From assembly GCF_009914755.1 (NCBI RefSeq), contig NC_060927.1: 64,000 nt of DNA; one strand, given 5' to 3'. Position 1 is the first letter of the stretch. Every line of letters begins with the position of its first letter. The DNA comes from the human T2T-CHM13v2.0 reference genome, Homo sapiens. Below are positions 29,216-45,548 of this stretch, in pieces. A program made the translations under genes and the position numbers. Below the pieces are notes generated by a model. It ran no database searches. It saw only the letters and a program-made list of their open reading frames with translations, and was not told where the DNA came from.

Positions 29216-29505
29216 TTTTTATCCACAAGTAACAGCAAGAATCAATGATGTAAGATATTTTGTGTGGCTAACAACAAAGTTTTAGTTTTCACTACTACAT
29301 TCAGAGAGACGCTTACTAGCAAATTCATTTACAACTTACAGCGTATGCCTAACATACAGCACCTCTGCAAAAGACACTAGAAAGCTAGGAAAAAGCAGAA
29401 AATATTCAATTAACCAGTACTTTCAGAGCTTAAATCTCAGTGAGAAAACAATAAAGTATATTTTACTAGAGTATATAACTTATCATCTCAACTACTAAAT
29501 TTGCA
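29216..29505 (+). repeat. Derived copy of 27076-27367 inserted within the L1M
   Basis: Interrupts L1 sequence between GTGAAACCA and GGACGCTTCTTTTT. Confidence 0.95.
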
Positions 29506-29689
29506 GGACGCTTCTTTTTTGGGAGAAATTTAAAGTTATGATTTCAATGTCTTTAACGGAGGAGAATTTATGTACTTCATTTTGCCAGGGTTGTGGTAGT
29601 TTGAGGGTTTTGAGAAATTGGTGTATATCTTCTAAGTTGACAAATTTAGGAGGATAAAAATTTTCGTATCATTTCCTTATATATGTTTT

Positions 29690-30298
<609 letters not shown>

Positions 30299-30746
30299 CT
30301 TACATCATTTTAATAACCACAGAATCTGTTGTAATAAAGTGTTTCTCCTGATACCGGTGATTTCGTCTTCTTTCAGCTTTATCAGTCTCACTAGTTTATC
30401 AATTATAATATTTTTAAAAGCCAGCTTCACATTTCATTAATGCTGTATCATTTTTCTCTTTCAATTCTATTTATTTCTGTTCATAACTTTCTTTCTGATT
30501 GCTTTAGGTTTGTTTTGCTTTTTAATTTTTTAGGTTCGTGGCAGGTGAGCTTAGATTATCGATTTGAGACATATCCTCTCCTCTTTTCTAATGTATGCAT
30601 TTAATGCTCTCAGTTTTCCTCTTGACACTGCTTTCTCATCATCCCACGAATTTTGCTATGTGTTTCTTAAATTTTTATTAAGTTATGTGTATTTTAAATT
30701 TTCTTTTATAATTCATTTTGGCTCATGGATTGTTTATGAATATATT

Positions 30747-31095
30747 TGTATTAGTTTGTTTTCACGCTGCTGACAAATACATACCCGAAAATGGGAACAA
30801 AAAAAGGCTTAATTGAACTTACAGTTCCACATGGTTGGGGAGGCCTCAGAATCATGGCGGGAGGCAAAATGCTCTTCTTACATGGCAGCATCATGAGAAA
30901 ATGAGGCAGAAGTGGAAACCCCTTATAAACCGATCAGATCTCGTGAGACTTACTCACTATTATGAGAATAGCACAGGAAAGACCAGCCCCCATGATTCAA
31001 TTGCCTCTCCGCTGCGTCCGTCCCACAACACGTGGGGATTCTGGGAGACACAACTCAAATTGAGATTTTAGTGAGGACACAGCCGAACCGTATCA
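30747..31095 (-). mobile_element. THE1 (THE1C-like) solo LTR with 5-bp TSD ATATT
   Basis: TGTATTAG...TATCA termini; ATATT at 30742-30746 and 31096-31100. Confidence 0.93.
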
Positions 31096-34000
31096 ATATT
31101 TAACTTAAATTTTGAATATTTATCTTTTGCACTTACGTATTATTAATATCTAGTTTCACTGTGTTACTGTCGGTGAACATATTCTATATGATTTTAATTT
31201 TTTAAGTATGTTAAAATTTGTTTTATGACCCAGGATTTGGTCTGTCTTCCTCAATATTCCATGGACACTTGAAGAGAATGTGTTTTTTTTTATTTAAGGA
31301 TAAAGTATTGTATAATGTCAATTAGCTCCTATTGTCTGGAAATATTCACTTCTATGTCCCTATCGACTTTCTATCTAATACTGCTCTCCATTGCTTAGAG
31401 TGGGCTGTTGAAGTCCTCAACAATTAATGTGGTATTATCTTACATTAAGTATATCAGTTTTTGTTTCATGTATATTGTAGTTCTGTTATTTGATGCATAC
31501 ATATTGGGTATTGCTATATATTCTTGGTATATTGATCTTTTTATTATCATATAATGTCCCTCTTGATCGTTAGTAATTTTGGTACAACATCTTTTTTATC
31601 TGACATTAATATAGCTGCTCTTGTTCTTTTTAAATTGCATTTGCATTGCATAACATTTCCATCCTTTGATTTCCAAGCAGCATATGTTGCTATGTTTGAA
31701 GTAAATTTCTTGTATACAAAATATAGTTTATAGTGTGTGTATATTTTAATCTTCCTTGCCAATTTCGGTCTTGACTGATAGACAAGACAGCTTGATTGAT
31801 AGACAAGACAAAATATGTCCTCTGTATACATTGAGCACCACATCTGATAGTGTTGTAACTTTTGCTTCTACTATAAAATATAACTAAATAATCTCATAAG
31901 GTAAAATACACTACATTATGTTAACTGTATTTTCAACCATACTATTGATGTACATTCCAATCTGAAGATCCTGGACTTATTCTGTCATTATTTTCTTTCT
32001 GTTGTGAAAACTTCTTTTAGGAATTACTCACAGTTTCATCTGCTAGCCAAAAAAAAAAAAAAAAAAAGGATTTGAGCGGTCTTTTGACTGAGACTAAGTC
32101 TATTCTGCCTTAGATTTTTGAGGAATAGTTTTGGGTTTAATTGTTTGTTTTTCCTTCATCAATTGAAATATGCTGTGCCACTTTCTTCTGGTCTCCATGG
32201 TTTCACATATAAATCTGCTGTTATCCTTATTAGTGTTTATCATCAATGCTGCTTATAAAGATTTCTTGGCTGCTTTTAAGAATTTTTTATTTGTCTTTGG
32301 ATTTTCAAAGTTTAATTATAAATTCCCTTGGTGTGAAATTTTTTGAGTTTATCCTATTTGAGATTTACTCAGCTTCTCAAATCTCTAGATTTTACTTTTT
32401 GGCCATATTTATATAATTTTTCAAACATTGTTTTTTCAGAAAACTCCTCATTTCCATGCACTCTTCCTTCTGTCTTTCTAGATATCCCATAATACAAATA
32501 TTATATATGTTGTTATTGCCTCACAGATCCATGAGAATCATTCATTGCTTTTTTATTCCATTTTATCTCTGTTGTTCGAATTGAGTAAATTTTATTGATT
32601 CGTCATGAAGCTCACTCGTGCTATCTTCTGTCATCTCTATCTGTTACTGCGTCCATCCAATAAGTTTTTTACTCTTCTCAAGGGCAAAACAAAGAACAAC
32701 AGTAATACATATACAGTTTCTTTCACCATTGATCATGACAGAAATAGCTGAGCAGGTTATTTTCTTGCTTTGAGATATTCTCTCAGAAAAAGCATAATGA
32801 AGCTATTTACTTTTATTATTGCTTATTTATGCACTCACTTTCTTTCCCAAATTTGTCTTTTCTTTCTCCATATGTCAGGTACTATATTCTGGACTTTGAC
32901 CTCTTCAGGTTGGACTTTTTGTTTCACTCACATTACCTGCTCTTAGGGAAGAGCACAAATAGACTTGCCAGGACCTTCATTTTTATCATTTTCTGGAAGA
33001 AGTCAGGTTAAAAGAGGAAAGAACAATGATAATATTTATATAGTTAGTCAGTGGGGTAGCTATTATAATCAGTCCTATTTTAAACACATGAAATAAATTT
33101 CTGATCAAGTCTATTAATTCTGGAAATCTTCCCCAGCAAATTCAGAGGAAGTAAAATTGTGTACTAAGCAGGGATGTCTTCCTCTGCCCAGATATGGAAC
33201 TATAATCTTTACCTTGACATGACTTTCTGATAAAGTAAAGGATATATTATATGTGTTAGAAAACACCATTATGTGTGATGGCATGATTTCCAACACTCAA
33301 TTCAGACACCTTTTCCAAAGTGTTCTCACTTTACAATCATTCATACTCAGATGGCATACATGTATAGATATAAGTACAAGTATACATTAAGCAAGACAGT
33401 CAATAATGTTCTTTTCACTTCCTTTCCCCATTTAAATTACCAAATGTTTTATTTTATAATTTTTTGTTATGAACCTGACTCAACCGACAACTTTTAAGTT
33501 ATAAAGGATAACATACGTTCAAAATATGGTACGCGTTTTAGCCAATTTATGTCATTGCCATTATCAAATGCATACTCTGGTTCATTAGAGGAATAAACTG
33601 CCAATCAATTTGTAATTGAAGTAAGTTAACACACTTTTCAAGGTGAATATTCATCTTACCACTCATGTCCATTTCGAATCTCAAAGATGATGATTAACGT
33701 TCTTTTGTTGACTCAGGCCTTTGATCTCAGGAATTCTTATTCAATGCCAACTTTTCCTGTTTGCTTTCTATGCATCTTATCAAACTAATAGGATCAGCAG
33801 GAAACAGATTAACATTTTGCCATTTTTGCCAATATTGACTAATTCAAGCATTTCAGTATTGTCTTGTTTTACATACATATAAGAAAAGAGGATGTCAGTC
33901 CTTAATTTCTAGTCTTCTTTAAAGTAAACAGTTTCCCTCCATTATGCATTAGTGAGTGATTATATAGTGCCACAATAACTTCACCTCAGAATTCCCACTG

Positions 34001-34447
34001 AGATTCCCATAATTCACTATTCTTATTGTAGTGTTCTTGATTGTCTAATTAATTAGGTACAATTACCTTTTCCCTGTTGAAAAGTCATTTGCCAAACTCA
34101 TGAGACTATAAATATTCAATCAAAACTCTTGGAACAAGAACCCAATGATTGTACTATTAGATATACTGCTTTTAGTTATTCTCATTATGGAGATTTACCC
34201 TTGCCTTATTCAACTAAGTTTTTACTATCCATGTGAATACAGGAGTAGAATTCCAAACTGGATTGCCTCCATATGCAGATTTTTTTTTTTTTTTGTAGTA
34301 AGTGAGGTACCTTGCTGTCCATTCAGCATGAGGAGCATTCAGTTCTTCAGAAGTCCTATCATCAGCCCAAATGGTAGAACCAGAACTTTTTCATGGAATT
34401 GTTTCTGCAAAGCCCATCATCAGACCTGCTTCTACATTTGAGGTATC

Positions 34448-34449
<2 letters not shown>

Positions 34450-34479
<30 letters not shown>
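34450..34479. repeat. (TG)~15 microsatellite
   Basis: Seen directly. Confidence 0.95.
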
Positions 34480-34480
<1 letters not shown>

Positions 34481-34896
34481 ACTCTACTGAGGTACACAAT
34501 CCTTATTGGAACTTCTCTCTATTCTTACCAGGGTATATAGGTATTTCGAGTTTAAAATTATTTAAGTGCTATTTCCACAAAATGCTAGCAATGTTTCAGT
34601 GATTTGCACTATAAAAGATTATATGATAGCCACTGTGTTAGGTAAATTTTAAGTCCAAAATTCCAGTGGTTACCATAGGGTAGTTTTAAAAATCTGCTAT
34701 AGACTCCAACTCAGAATACTTTTATGTACAGGCTATTTCCAAAATGTGTGTTTGGATCACACTGCTCAAATTATATATTAATAGTAAATTAACAATAAAT
34801 AGTTTAGGCCCCTCCTATCAACTTCTCTCAAAGCCAGTGATTCTCTAAACTCTGTTCTCATTCAGGTGCCTCTTTGAACACTTGAAGAGAAAGTAT

Positions 34897-35615
34897 TTCA
34901 CCATATACAAACATCAATTCAGGATGGATTAAAGACTTAATATAAAACCTAAAATTACAAAAACCCTAGAAGAAAATTTAGGAAATATGATTCTAGCCAC
35001 TAGCCCAGGCAAAGGCTTCATGACAAGGATTCCAAAAGCAATTGCAACAAAAACAAAAATTGACAAGTGGGACCTAATGAAAGAGCTTCCACACAGAAAA
35101 AGAAACTATCAATGGAGTAAACAGACAACCTACATAATGGGAAAAAATGTTTGCAACTATGTATCTGACAAAGGTCTAATATCCAGAATCTAAAAGCAGA
35201 AAAACACATAGCCAATAAGCATATAAAAATATTCAATATCACTAATCATTAGGGACATGTAAATTAAAACCATCATGAGATATCATCTCACAGAAGTCGG
35301 AATGGCTATTATAAAAGAGACAAAAAATAACCTGCTGGTGAGGGTGCAGAGAAAAGAGAAAACTTATACAATACTGGTAGGAATATAAATTAGTTCAGCC
35401 ACTTTGATCTGATTTCTCAAGAAACTTAAAATACAACTTAAAAGAGTACTATCATTTGACTCTGCAATCCCATTACTGAGTATATACTCAAAGGAATGTA
35501 AATGGTTCTACCATAAAACCACATGGATGTGTATGCTCATTGCAGCACTATTCCCAATAGCAAAGACATAGAATCAACTTAGATGCCCATCGATGATGGA
35601 CTATATAACGAAAAT
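34897..35615 (+). mobile_element. Primate L1 (old L1PA/L1PB) ORF2 3' fragment lacking its 3' end
   Basis: ORF 34987-35193 GKGFMTRIPKAIATKTKIDKWDL matches L1 ORF2p. Confidence 0.9.
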
Positions 35616-35640
35616 AACATTCATCATATTGTTCATAGGT

Positions 35641-36852
35641 GAAATTTCTAAGCAGCAAAGCATTCAAGAGGTGACTTAGGTGCTTTTAAAGGCGTTCAGT
35701 TTTAAAAGGGAAACAGGGCATAAAATTTGGAAAACTTCTTGCCTGACAATCCAATAGAAAAGAAAATCCCATTGTCTGAGAAAAAATTCAAGCCTGCTGC
35801 AGAAATTTGCAAAAGAGTCGGATGTTAATCACCCAGACAACAGGGAAAATGTCTCCAGGGCATGTCAGAAACCTTTGCAGCAGCCCCTCCCATCACATGC
35901 CTGGAGGCCTAGGAGAAAAAAGTGGTTTCCTGGGCCAGGCCCAGGGTCCCCATGCCCTGTGCAGCCTAGGAACTTGGTGCCCTGCATCCCAGCTGTTCCA
36001 GCTGTGGCTAAAAGGAGACAACACAGAGCTCAAGCTTTGGCTTCAGAAGGTGCAAGCTTCAAGCCTTGGCAGGTTCCACATTATGTTGCGTCCCTAGTTG
36101 CACAAAAGTCAAGAATTGAGGTTTGGGAACCTCTGTCTAGATTTCAGAGGATGTATGGAAACACTTGGATGCCCAGGCAGATATGTGCTGAGGGGTGGGG
36201 GTCCTCATGGAGAACCTCAGCTAGGACAGTGCAGAAGGGAAATGTGGGGTGGGAGACCCCACACAGAGTCCCTACTGGGACACTGCCTAGTGGAGCTGTG
36301 AGAAGAGGGCCGCTGTCCTCCAGACTCCAGAATGGTAGATCCACAAACTGCTTGCACCATGCACCTGGAAAAGCCACAGACACTCAATGCCAGCTCGTGA
36401 AGGCAACTGAAAAACAAAAAAAAATGTACCCTGCAAAGTGGCAGCAGTGGAACTGCCCAAGACCATGGGAGCCCACCTCTTGCATCAGCATGACCTGGAT
36501 GTGAGACATGGAGTCAAACAATATCATTTTGGAGCTTTAAGATTTGATTGCCTCTCTGGATTTTGCACTTGCATGGGGCCTATAGCCCCCTTTGTTTTGG
36601 TCAATTTCTCCCATATTGATTGGCTGTATTTACCCAATGCCCATAAGCCCATTGTATCTAGGAAATAACTAACTTGCTTTTGATTTTACAGACTCAAAAG
36701 TGAAAGGGACTTGCCTCATCTCTGATGAGACTTTCAAGAGTGGACTTTTGAGTTAATGGTGAAATGAGTTCAGACTTTGGGGAACTGTTTGGGAAGGCGT
36801 GATTGGTTTTGAAATGTGAAGACATGAGATTTGGGAGGGAACAGAGTTGGAA
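35641..36852 (+). mobile_element. THE1 internal sequence (5' part missing)
   Basis: GAAATTTCTAAGCAGCAAAGCATTCAAGAGGTGACTT... runs continuously into the LTR through a purine-rich tract. Confidence 0.93.
35875..36504 (+). pseudogene. Relic of the THE1/MaLR internal ORF (209 codons open)
   Basis: QQPLPS..RPRRKKWF.GPGPG, QKSRIEVWEP and PHRVPTG.LPSGAVRRGP are typical THE1-int translation. Confidence 0.8.
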
Positions 36853-37217
36853 TGATATGGTTTGACTCTGTATCCCCACCCAAATCTCATCTTGTAGCCC
36901 TATAATTCCCATATGTTATGACAGGGAGCCGATGGGAGATGATTGAGTCATGGGGGCGGGTCTTTCCCATGCTGTTCTTGTGATAGTGAATGGGTCTCAC
37001 AAGAGCTGATGGTTTTAAAAACGGGAGTTTCTCTGCACAAACTCTCTCTTTGCCTGCTGCCATCCATGTAAGATGTGACTTGTTCCCCCTTGCCTTCCAC
37101 CATGATTGTGAAGCCTCTCCAGCCATATGGAACTGTAAGTCCATTAAACCTCTTCCTTTTGTAAGCAGCCCAGTCTCAGTTATGGCTTTATCAGCAGCGT
37201 GAAAATGGATGAATACA
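36853..37217 (+). mobile_element. THE1 (THE1A-like) 3' LTR
   Basis: TGATATGG...AATACA termini; AAAAACGGGAGTTTCTCTGCACAA; ATTAAA poly(A) signal. Confidence 0.93.
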
Positions 37218-37329
37218 TAGAATTTCCAAAAAAAACTTGTATGAATCGGTTTAAAAAAATAAAGACAAAAACTCCAGTATAAAAGCAGAAAATATGCAAA
37301 TGATTTACAGGACTTTCATATGTCCTTTG

Positions 37330-37331
<2 letters not shown>

Positions 37332-37364
<33 letters not shown>
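37332..37364. repeat. (CA)~16 microsatellite
   Basis: Seen directly. Confidence 0.95.
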
Positions 37365-37366
<2 letters not shown>

Positions 37367-37391
37367 GCCTACAGATTTGGCTACATTTTTT

Positions 37392-38912
37392 CTTTCTTTT
37401 TTTTTTTTCTTTTTATTATACTTTAACTTCTGGGAAACTTGCAGAATGTGCAGGTTTGTTACATAGGTATACACGTGCCATGGTTGTTTCTTGCACCCAT
37501 CAACCTGTCATCTACGTTAGATATTTCTCCTAACGCCATCCATTCCCTAGTCCCCCACAGCCTGAGAGGCCCTGGTGTGTGATGTTCCCCTCCCTGTGTC
37601 CATGTGTTTTCACTGTTCATCTCCCACCATGAGTGCGAACAAGCGGTGTTAGGTTTTCTGTTCCTGTGTTAATTTGCTGAGAATGATGGTTTCCAGCTTC
37701 ATCCATGTTTCTGAAAAGGACATGAATTCATCCTTTTTTATGGTTGCATAGTACTCCATGGTGTATATGTGCCACATTTTCTTTATCCACTCTATCATTG
37801 ATGGACATTTGGGTTGGTTTCAAGTCTTTCCTATTGTGAACAGTGATGCAATAAACATACGTGTGCATGTGTCTCTATAGTAGAATGATTTATAATCTTT
37901 TGGTTATATACCCAGTAATGGGATTGCTGGATCAAATGGTACTTCTGGTTCTAGATCCTTGAGGAATTACCACACTGTCTTCCACAATGGTTGAAATAAT
38001 TTACACTCCCATCAACAGTGAAAAAGCATTCCTATTTCTCCACATCTTCTCCAGCATCTGTTCTTTCCTGACTTTTTAATGATCGCCATTCCAACAGGCA
38101 TGAGATGGTATCTCATTGTGGTTTTGATGTGCATTTCTCTAATGACCAGTGATGATGAGCTTTTTTTCATACGTTTTTTGGCCACATAAATGTCTTCTTT
38201 TGAAAAGTGTCTGTTCATGTCCTTTGCCCACTTTTGGATGGGGTTGTTTTTTTCTTGTAAATTTGTTTAAGTTCTTTGTAGGTTCTTGATATTAGCCCTT
38301 TGTCAGATGGATAGATTGCAAAAATTTTCTCCCATTCTGTAGGTTGCCTGTTCACTCTGCTGATAGTTTCTTTTGCTTTGCAGAAGCTCTTTAGTTTAAT
38401 TAAATCCTATTTGTCAATTTGGGCTTTTGTTGCCATTGCTTTTGGTGTTTTAGTCATAAAGTATTTTGCCCAAGCCTATGTCCTGAATGGTATTGCCTAG
38501 ATTTTCTTCTAGAGTTTTTACAGTTTTAGGTCTTATGTTTAAGTCTTTAATCCATCTTGAGTTGATTTTTGTATAACGTGTAAGGTTGGGGTCCAGTTTC
38601 AGTTTTCTGCATATGGCTAGCCAGTATTCCCAACACCATTTATTAACTAGGGAATCATTTCCCCATTGCTTTTTCTCTTGTCAGGTTTCTCAAAGATCAG
38701 ATGGTTGTAGATGTGTGGCGTTATTTCTGAGGCCTCTGTTCTGTCCCATTGGTCTGTATATCTATTTTGGTACCAGTACCATGCTGTTTTGGTTACTGTA
38801 GCCTTGTAGTATAGTTTGAAATCAGGTAAAGTGATGTCTCCAGCTTTGTTCTTTTTGCTTAGGATTGTATTGGCTATACAGGCTCTTTTTTGGTTCCATA
38901 TGAAATTTAAAG
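37392..38912 (-). mobile_element. 5'-truncated L1PA (L1PA7/8-like), ~1.5 kb, TSD TACATTTTTT
   Basis: Primate L1 3' UTR; ORF 38012-38218 [23 protein letters not shown] is the ORF2p C-terminus; TSD at 37382-37391 and 38913-38922 with a TT/AAAA endonuclease site. Confidence 0.95.
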
Positions 38913-38954
38913 TACATTTTTTAAATGTTTTAAAAAAGAAAATAAAGAATGTAT

Positions 38955-39271
38955 TTTCTTCTTTTTTTTTTTTTTTTTTTTGAGACAGGGTCTCACTTTG
39001 TTGCTCAGGCTGGAGTACAGTGGTTCAATCATAGCTCACTGTAGCTTCAACTTCTTAGGCTCAAGCAATCCTCCCACCTCAGTCTCCAGAGTAGCTGGGA
39101 CTACAATTGTGCACCACCATGCCCAGTTTATTTTATTTACTTATTTTATTTTCTATAGAAACGTGGTCTCACTATGTTACCCAGGCTGGTCTCTAACTCC
39201 TAGACTGAAGGGATCCTCTTACCTTGGCCTCTCAAATGGGATTTACAGGTGTGAGCCACTGCACCTGATCC
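38955..39271 (-). mobile_element. AluJ
   Basis: Poly(T)-GAGACAGGGTCTCACT..ATCATAGCTCACTG..CTCAAGCAATCCTCCCACCTCAG. Confidence 0.92.
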
Positions 39272-40754
39272 ATAACATTAAAAAAAAAAATTAAGTAGTT
39301 TGTTTTTGGTTCAAACTCTTCAAAAGATTATTATTTAAAATAAGCTCTTACTAGTTATAACAACTTTTGGAATGTAATTTTCTGTCAAGATCCTTTATCC
39401 AACATCTGAAAAATTTCTCATGTTCTTATTAAAAAAGCAGCATAGTCTAGAAAAAAAAAGTTTTTACATAATATTGTGAAAGTTTAGAAGTTAAAATCCC
39501 ATGATATAACTATACTTTCAGGATGTTTAACTTTTATACAGTGTCAAATGGGTCATGGCAGTCTTAGTCCTTAATTATTCTTATCATTCAAAAATATTGT
39601 CATTAAAGAACATATTTCAATAAATTAATTCATGAAGTGGTATAACAATGTTAATCCTAAAAATCATCACTGACATTTCACATGCAGGAAACTTACCATA
39701 TGCCAGGGCTTTCAGTTGACTTGGTAATATTCTTCATGTTGAGTTTATATTATATGGTTTATTTATTATAAATGACATTTTATTGCATTCTGTGGGGACA
39801 AAAATGTTTAGAAGATTTACAGGTTTTGCTCAGGTATCCTTGTTCAAATCTTCCCATGAGTAATTTATTACCCGTGCATGCCATTGTTCTAATTACCAAG
39901 AGTTAAGTGTTCTTCCTGGAGAATGCTCTTTTCCACTAAATACAAATTTTAAAATTCTGAATACTTGCAAATACTTAACCAAAACCTATGGTTTCTGTTT
40001 TCTATGGAGTGAAAATAACTGCTTTCATTATAGAAGTTAAGTCATGTCAAAATTCAGCATATAAAATTTCATTTACTAACCAGAAGAAAAATGGAAACAT
40101 GGAATAAATACATCAGAACCATCAGAAGACTCTTAGCTGTTTTACAAAGTCAGAGTTGCAGTTGCCTTTTTCATTCCTTTGCTAGGGTCAAAAATTAAAA
40201 AAAAAATAACCTATCAACCACTGAATTATTACTGTTTTTCTAATGAATTTGATTATTTAAAAGTGTATTATTACATTATTATTTGATAAACTAGCCCAAA
40301 CCTAGGAGATGTTCAAAATATAAAAAGCAAGTTTCTCATTTTAAAATAAGTATTTTAGGTCAAATTACATAATACTTTCTAAAAAAATACTAATTCATGA
40401 AGTTAAGACCTGAACCACATGGTTCAAATGATGTATAAAATTAAAACTGAGAAAGAAGGAAAAGTGGCATCATTGTCGTAATAGAATGAGTCTCTAAGTG
40501 GAAAAAGGAATAGTATAAAATATATGTAAGTAAATTTTGAAAACTGGCAGCCAGGAGGCAGAACAGTTAGAAGTCATCCTACATACAAGTTTATTGTTGT
40601 TGTTTTTTTGTTTTGGATTTTATTTTCTTGGACAAGTGTTTAAAACAAATTTTAAAAAAGAAACAAAATACCTGAAAAATAGTTTAAGATAGGATTTACA
40701 TTCTCTACTTTGCCATGGTATTCACCACAGCTTACTATGGAAGGAATGTCACAG

Positions 40755-40965
40755 TTGTGGTTCTCAAACTTGAACATGCATTAGTAGCACCTGAAATACT
40801 TGTTAGAACACAAATTACTGGGTCGCACACCTTGATTAACTCATCATTAAGTAGGTGGAGATGCACATGGATGAGGGCAGACTTCAGGGTGGGCAGTCAG
40901 ATATTTGATGTTCTGCAATGTTCTCAGGTGCTACTAATGCTGCTAATCTAGAGACTGAACACCTT
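40755..40965. mobile_element. MER5A DNA transposon
   Basis: GTGGTTCTCAAACTTGAACATGCATTAG..CACCTG..CTTGTTAGAACACA..GTTCTCAGGTG. Confidence 0.75.
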
Positions 40966-41947
40966 ACTAGCTTCTGAAGGTGTTTGAATTGCAATTCCTT
41001 CTAAAGTAAATCAGCACACTCAGTAGCAGGAAGTGACAAGGGACTAACGTACTGCCAGAAGAAAGGACCCAATGACATAATTTAAAATTAATTAAATTAT
41101 ATATGTAATTTCATATTATATAGTTATATATGTTAATTACATGTAATATAATTATATATTAGTATTTATATAATTATAGAGTATATAAATTATATATGTT
41201 AAGAATAATTCAACATAATTTAATGACATACATTATTTAAGCCTTTTTAAAATTCGGTATTTTTTGTGTAATAATCATTCTATTCATCTATTTTCAAGCC
41301 TTTTATTGTTCATTTAAACACAGACTAGAATTTAAAGCTTAAATATAGATCCAAATACAGCTTAAAGATCTAAATGTGCATGTACACACACAAACACATT
41401 TTCAGAACAAAATAAAGGATATCATCTAAGACCAAGATAAAAATGAAATAATCAATTCATCATCAGAAAGCCATGAAGGGAACAGAATGTTTTAAGCTTA
41501 CCATTTCTTTTACAAACAGTCTGATTCATTAACTGATTGTACCTTTGAAACACTGCATATCTGAAAGATATCTATTTTCGACTTACACAATCATTTAGAA
41601 TACTATTTTGACAGCACATAAATACAAAGCATTATTTAAAAATATTCAATGTTTCTTAGAGTTTCAGGTTGCTAAATATCTGATTTTTATGATATTAACA
41701 CATTTTTAATGTGTAGTATTTGAGATATTGGGGCATCTCAACAATATGAACTGCTGTAAGTTCTTCTGACAGACTCTATGCAATTAAGCATTTTGTACTG
41801 TTTTTTAAATCATTTTTCATTTTATCATTTGCATTTTTCTAAGCAATTTGTTGATTATCGAGTTCAGAAAAAAAAACCATTCTGAGGAAATCTAGGTTGA
41901 AAATCAAGTGTTCAGCCTATGGAATGGATGTGTCTAGGTATGTTTGG

Positions 41948-42291
41948 AGTTGATTTTTTAAAAAATTAAGCACGTTTAACTTTTAAAGAGTTTATTTGAG
42001 CTTTCAGCAATTCATAAATCAGGGAAGCAACAGATTAAAAGGACCTAGCACTCTGCTGGAAGAAACCAAAGGAGAAACTTTTATAAAGCATTTGCAGAAT
42101 CAAGACAAAGAAAACAATTTTGATTAGAGTGGAAAGTCCTTAGTTAGAGGTTTGTTGGTGGTTTCTAATTGGTGCAGTTTCTAGTTTCAATTTACTGTTT
42201 ACATTAAGCTTTGGTTTGTTCATGTCATAATTTAAAGTGCCAGAGCCACCCTAGTCTAAGAGCTGGCCACTTCAATTTTTTTTTTTTAACA
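41948..42291 (-). mobile_element. ERV1 LTR (MER57/MER93-like), 3' LTR
   Basis: Minus strand starts TGTTAAAA; TATAAAA at 42085-42079; AATAAA at 41996-41991; preceded by polypurine tract AAAAGTAGGGAAGGCAGAG (42311-42293). Confidence 0.75.
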
Positions 42292-45100
<2,809 letters not shown>

Positions 45101-45449
45101 GTTGTTGCATAGGTTGTGAGAAAACCCCCATTGTTCAGGGTGAAAAATGAACTACTCTAACCCCTTTCACCTTCTCACTTGTGAAAATGGTGTTGACTCA
45201 ATGCCTGTGACATATTTTCATGCAGAAGACGAAGCAAAGTGTACCAATTGTTCCTGTTCCTCACCCTTGATACTGTGAAGGCTCAGGAATTTGTCAATAA
45301 AAGATAGAACGTTGTATCTGTGGTGTTATCACTTTGGTGACAATGACAATCATCTCTGCTCTGAAGCTGGTAGGAAGATGCAAAACAAAGACAATAGTCA
45401 ATTGTGTTGCAGAACAGGACTGAATAATAAAACAAGGCCAAAACCTTAC

Positions 45450-45548
45450 CTTGTTGAAAGCATAAGGTTTACAATATCAAACTGCATAACAAGTCACACT
45501 AAGGCTCAGTATCTTCTTTGATGCCTGCATCTCACGAAAATGATTCAG
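45450..45548 (-). other. Candidate 99-nt non-coding exon
   Basis: Acceptor TTTATTTCTTCATGCTCTCTTTGCAG| and donor CAAG|GTAAGG; stops in all three frames; no transcript evidence available. Confidence 0.3.

Noticed and set aside
27076-29505. The two 290-bp direct repeats as LTRs of an unknown retroelement
   Set aside because: No TG..CA termini, PBS, PPT or TSD; the second copy interrupts an L1 that continues on both sides
34280-34450. Possible + strand exon after poly(T)-GTAG
   Set aside because: Weak donor (GAG|GTATCT) and no recognisable protein similarity in the overlapping ORFs
35875-36504. Longest ORF (209 aa) as a novel or domesticated gene
   Set aside because: Partial THE1 internal ORF with a non-ATG start, no 5' LTR promoter and an apparent frameshift near 36410; such open stretches are common in THE1-int copies
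41075-41240. AT-only stretch with many short palindromes
   Set aside because: Ordinary TA-rich low-complexity sequence in which such symmetry is expected
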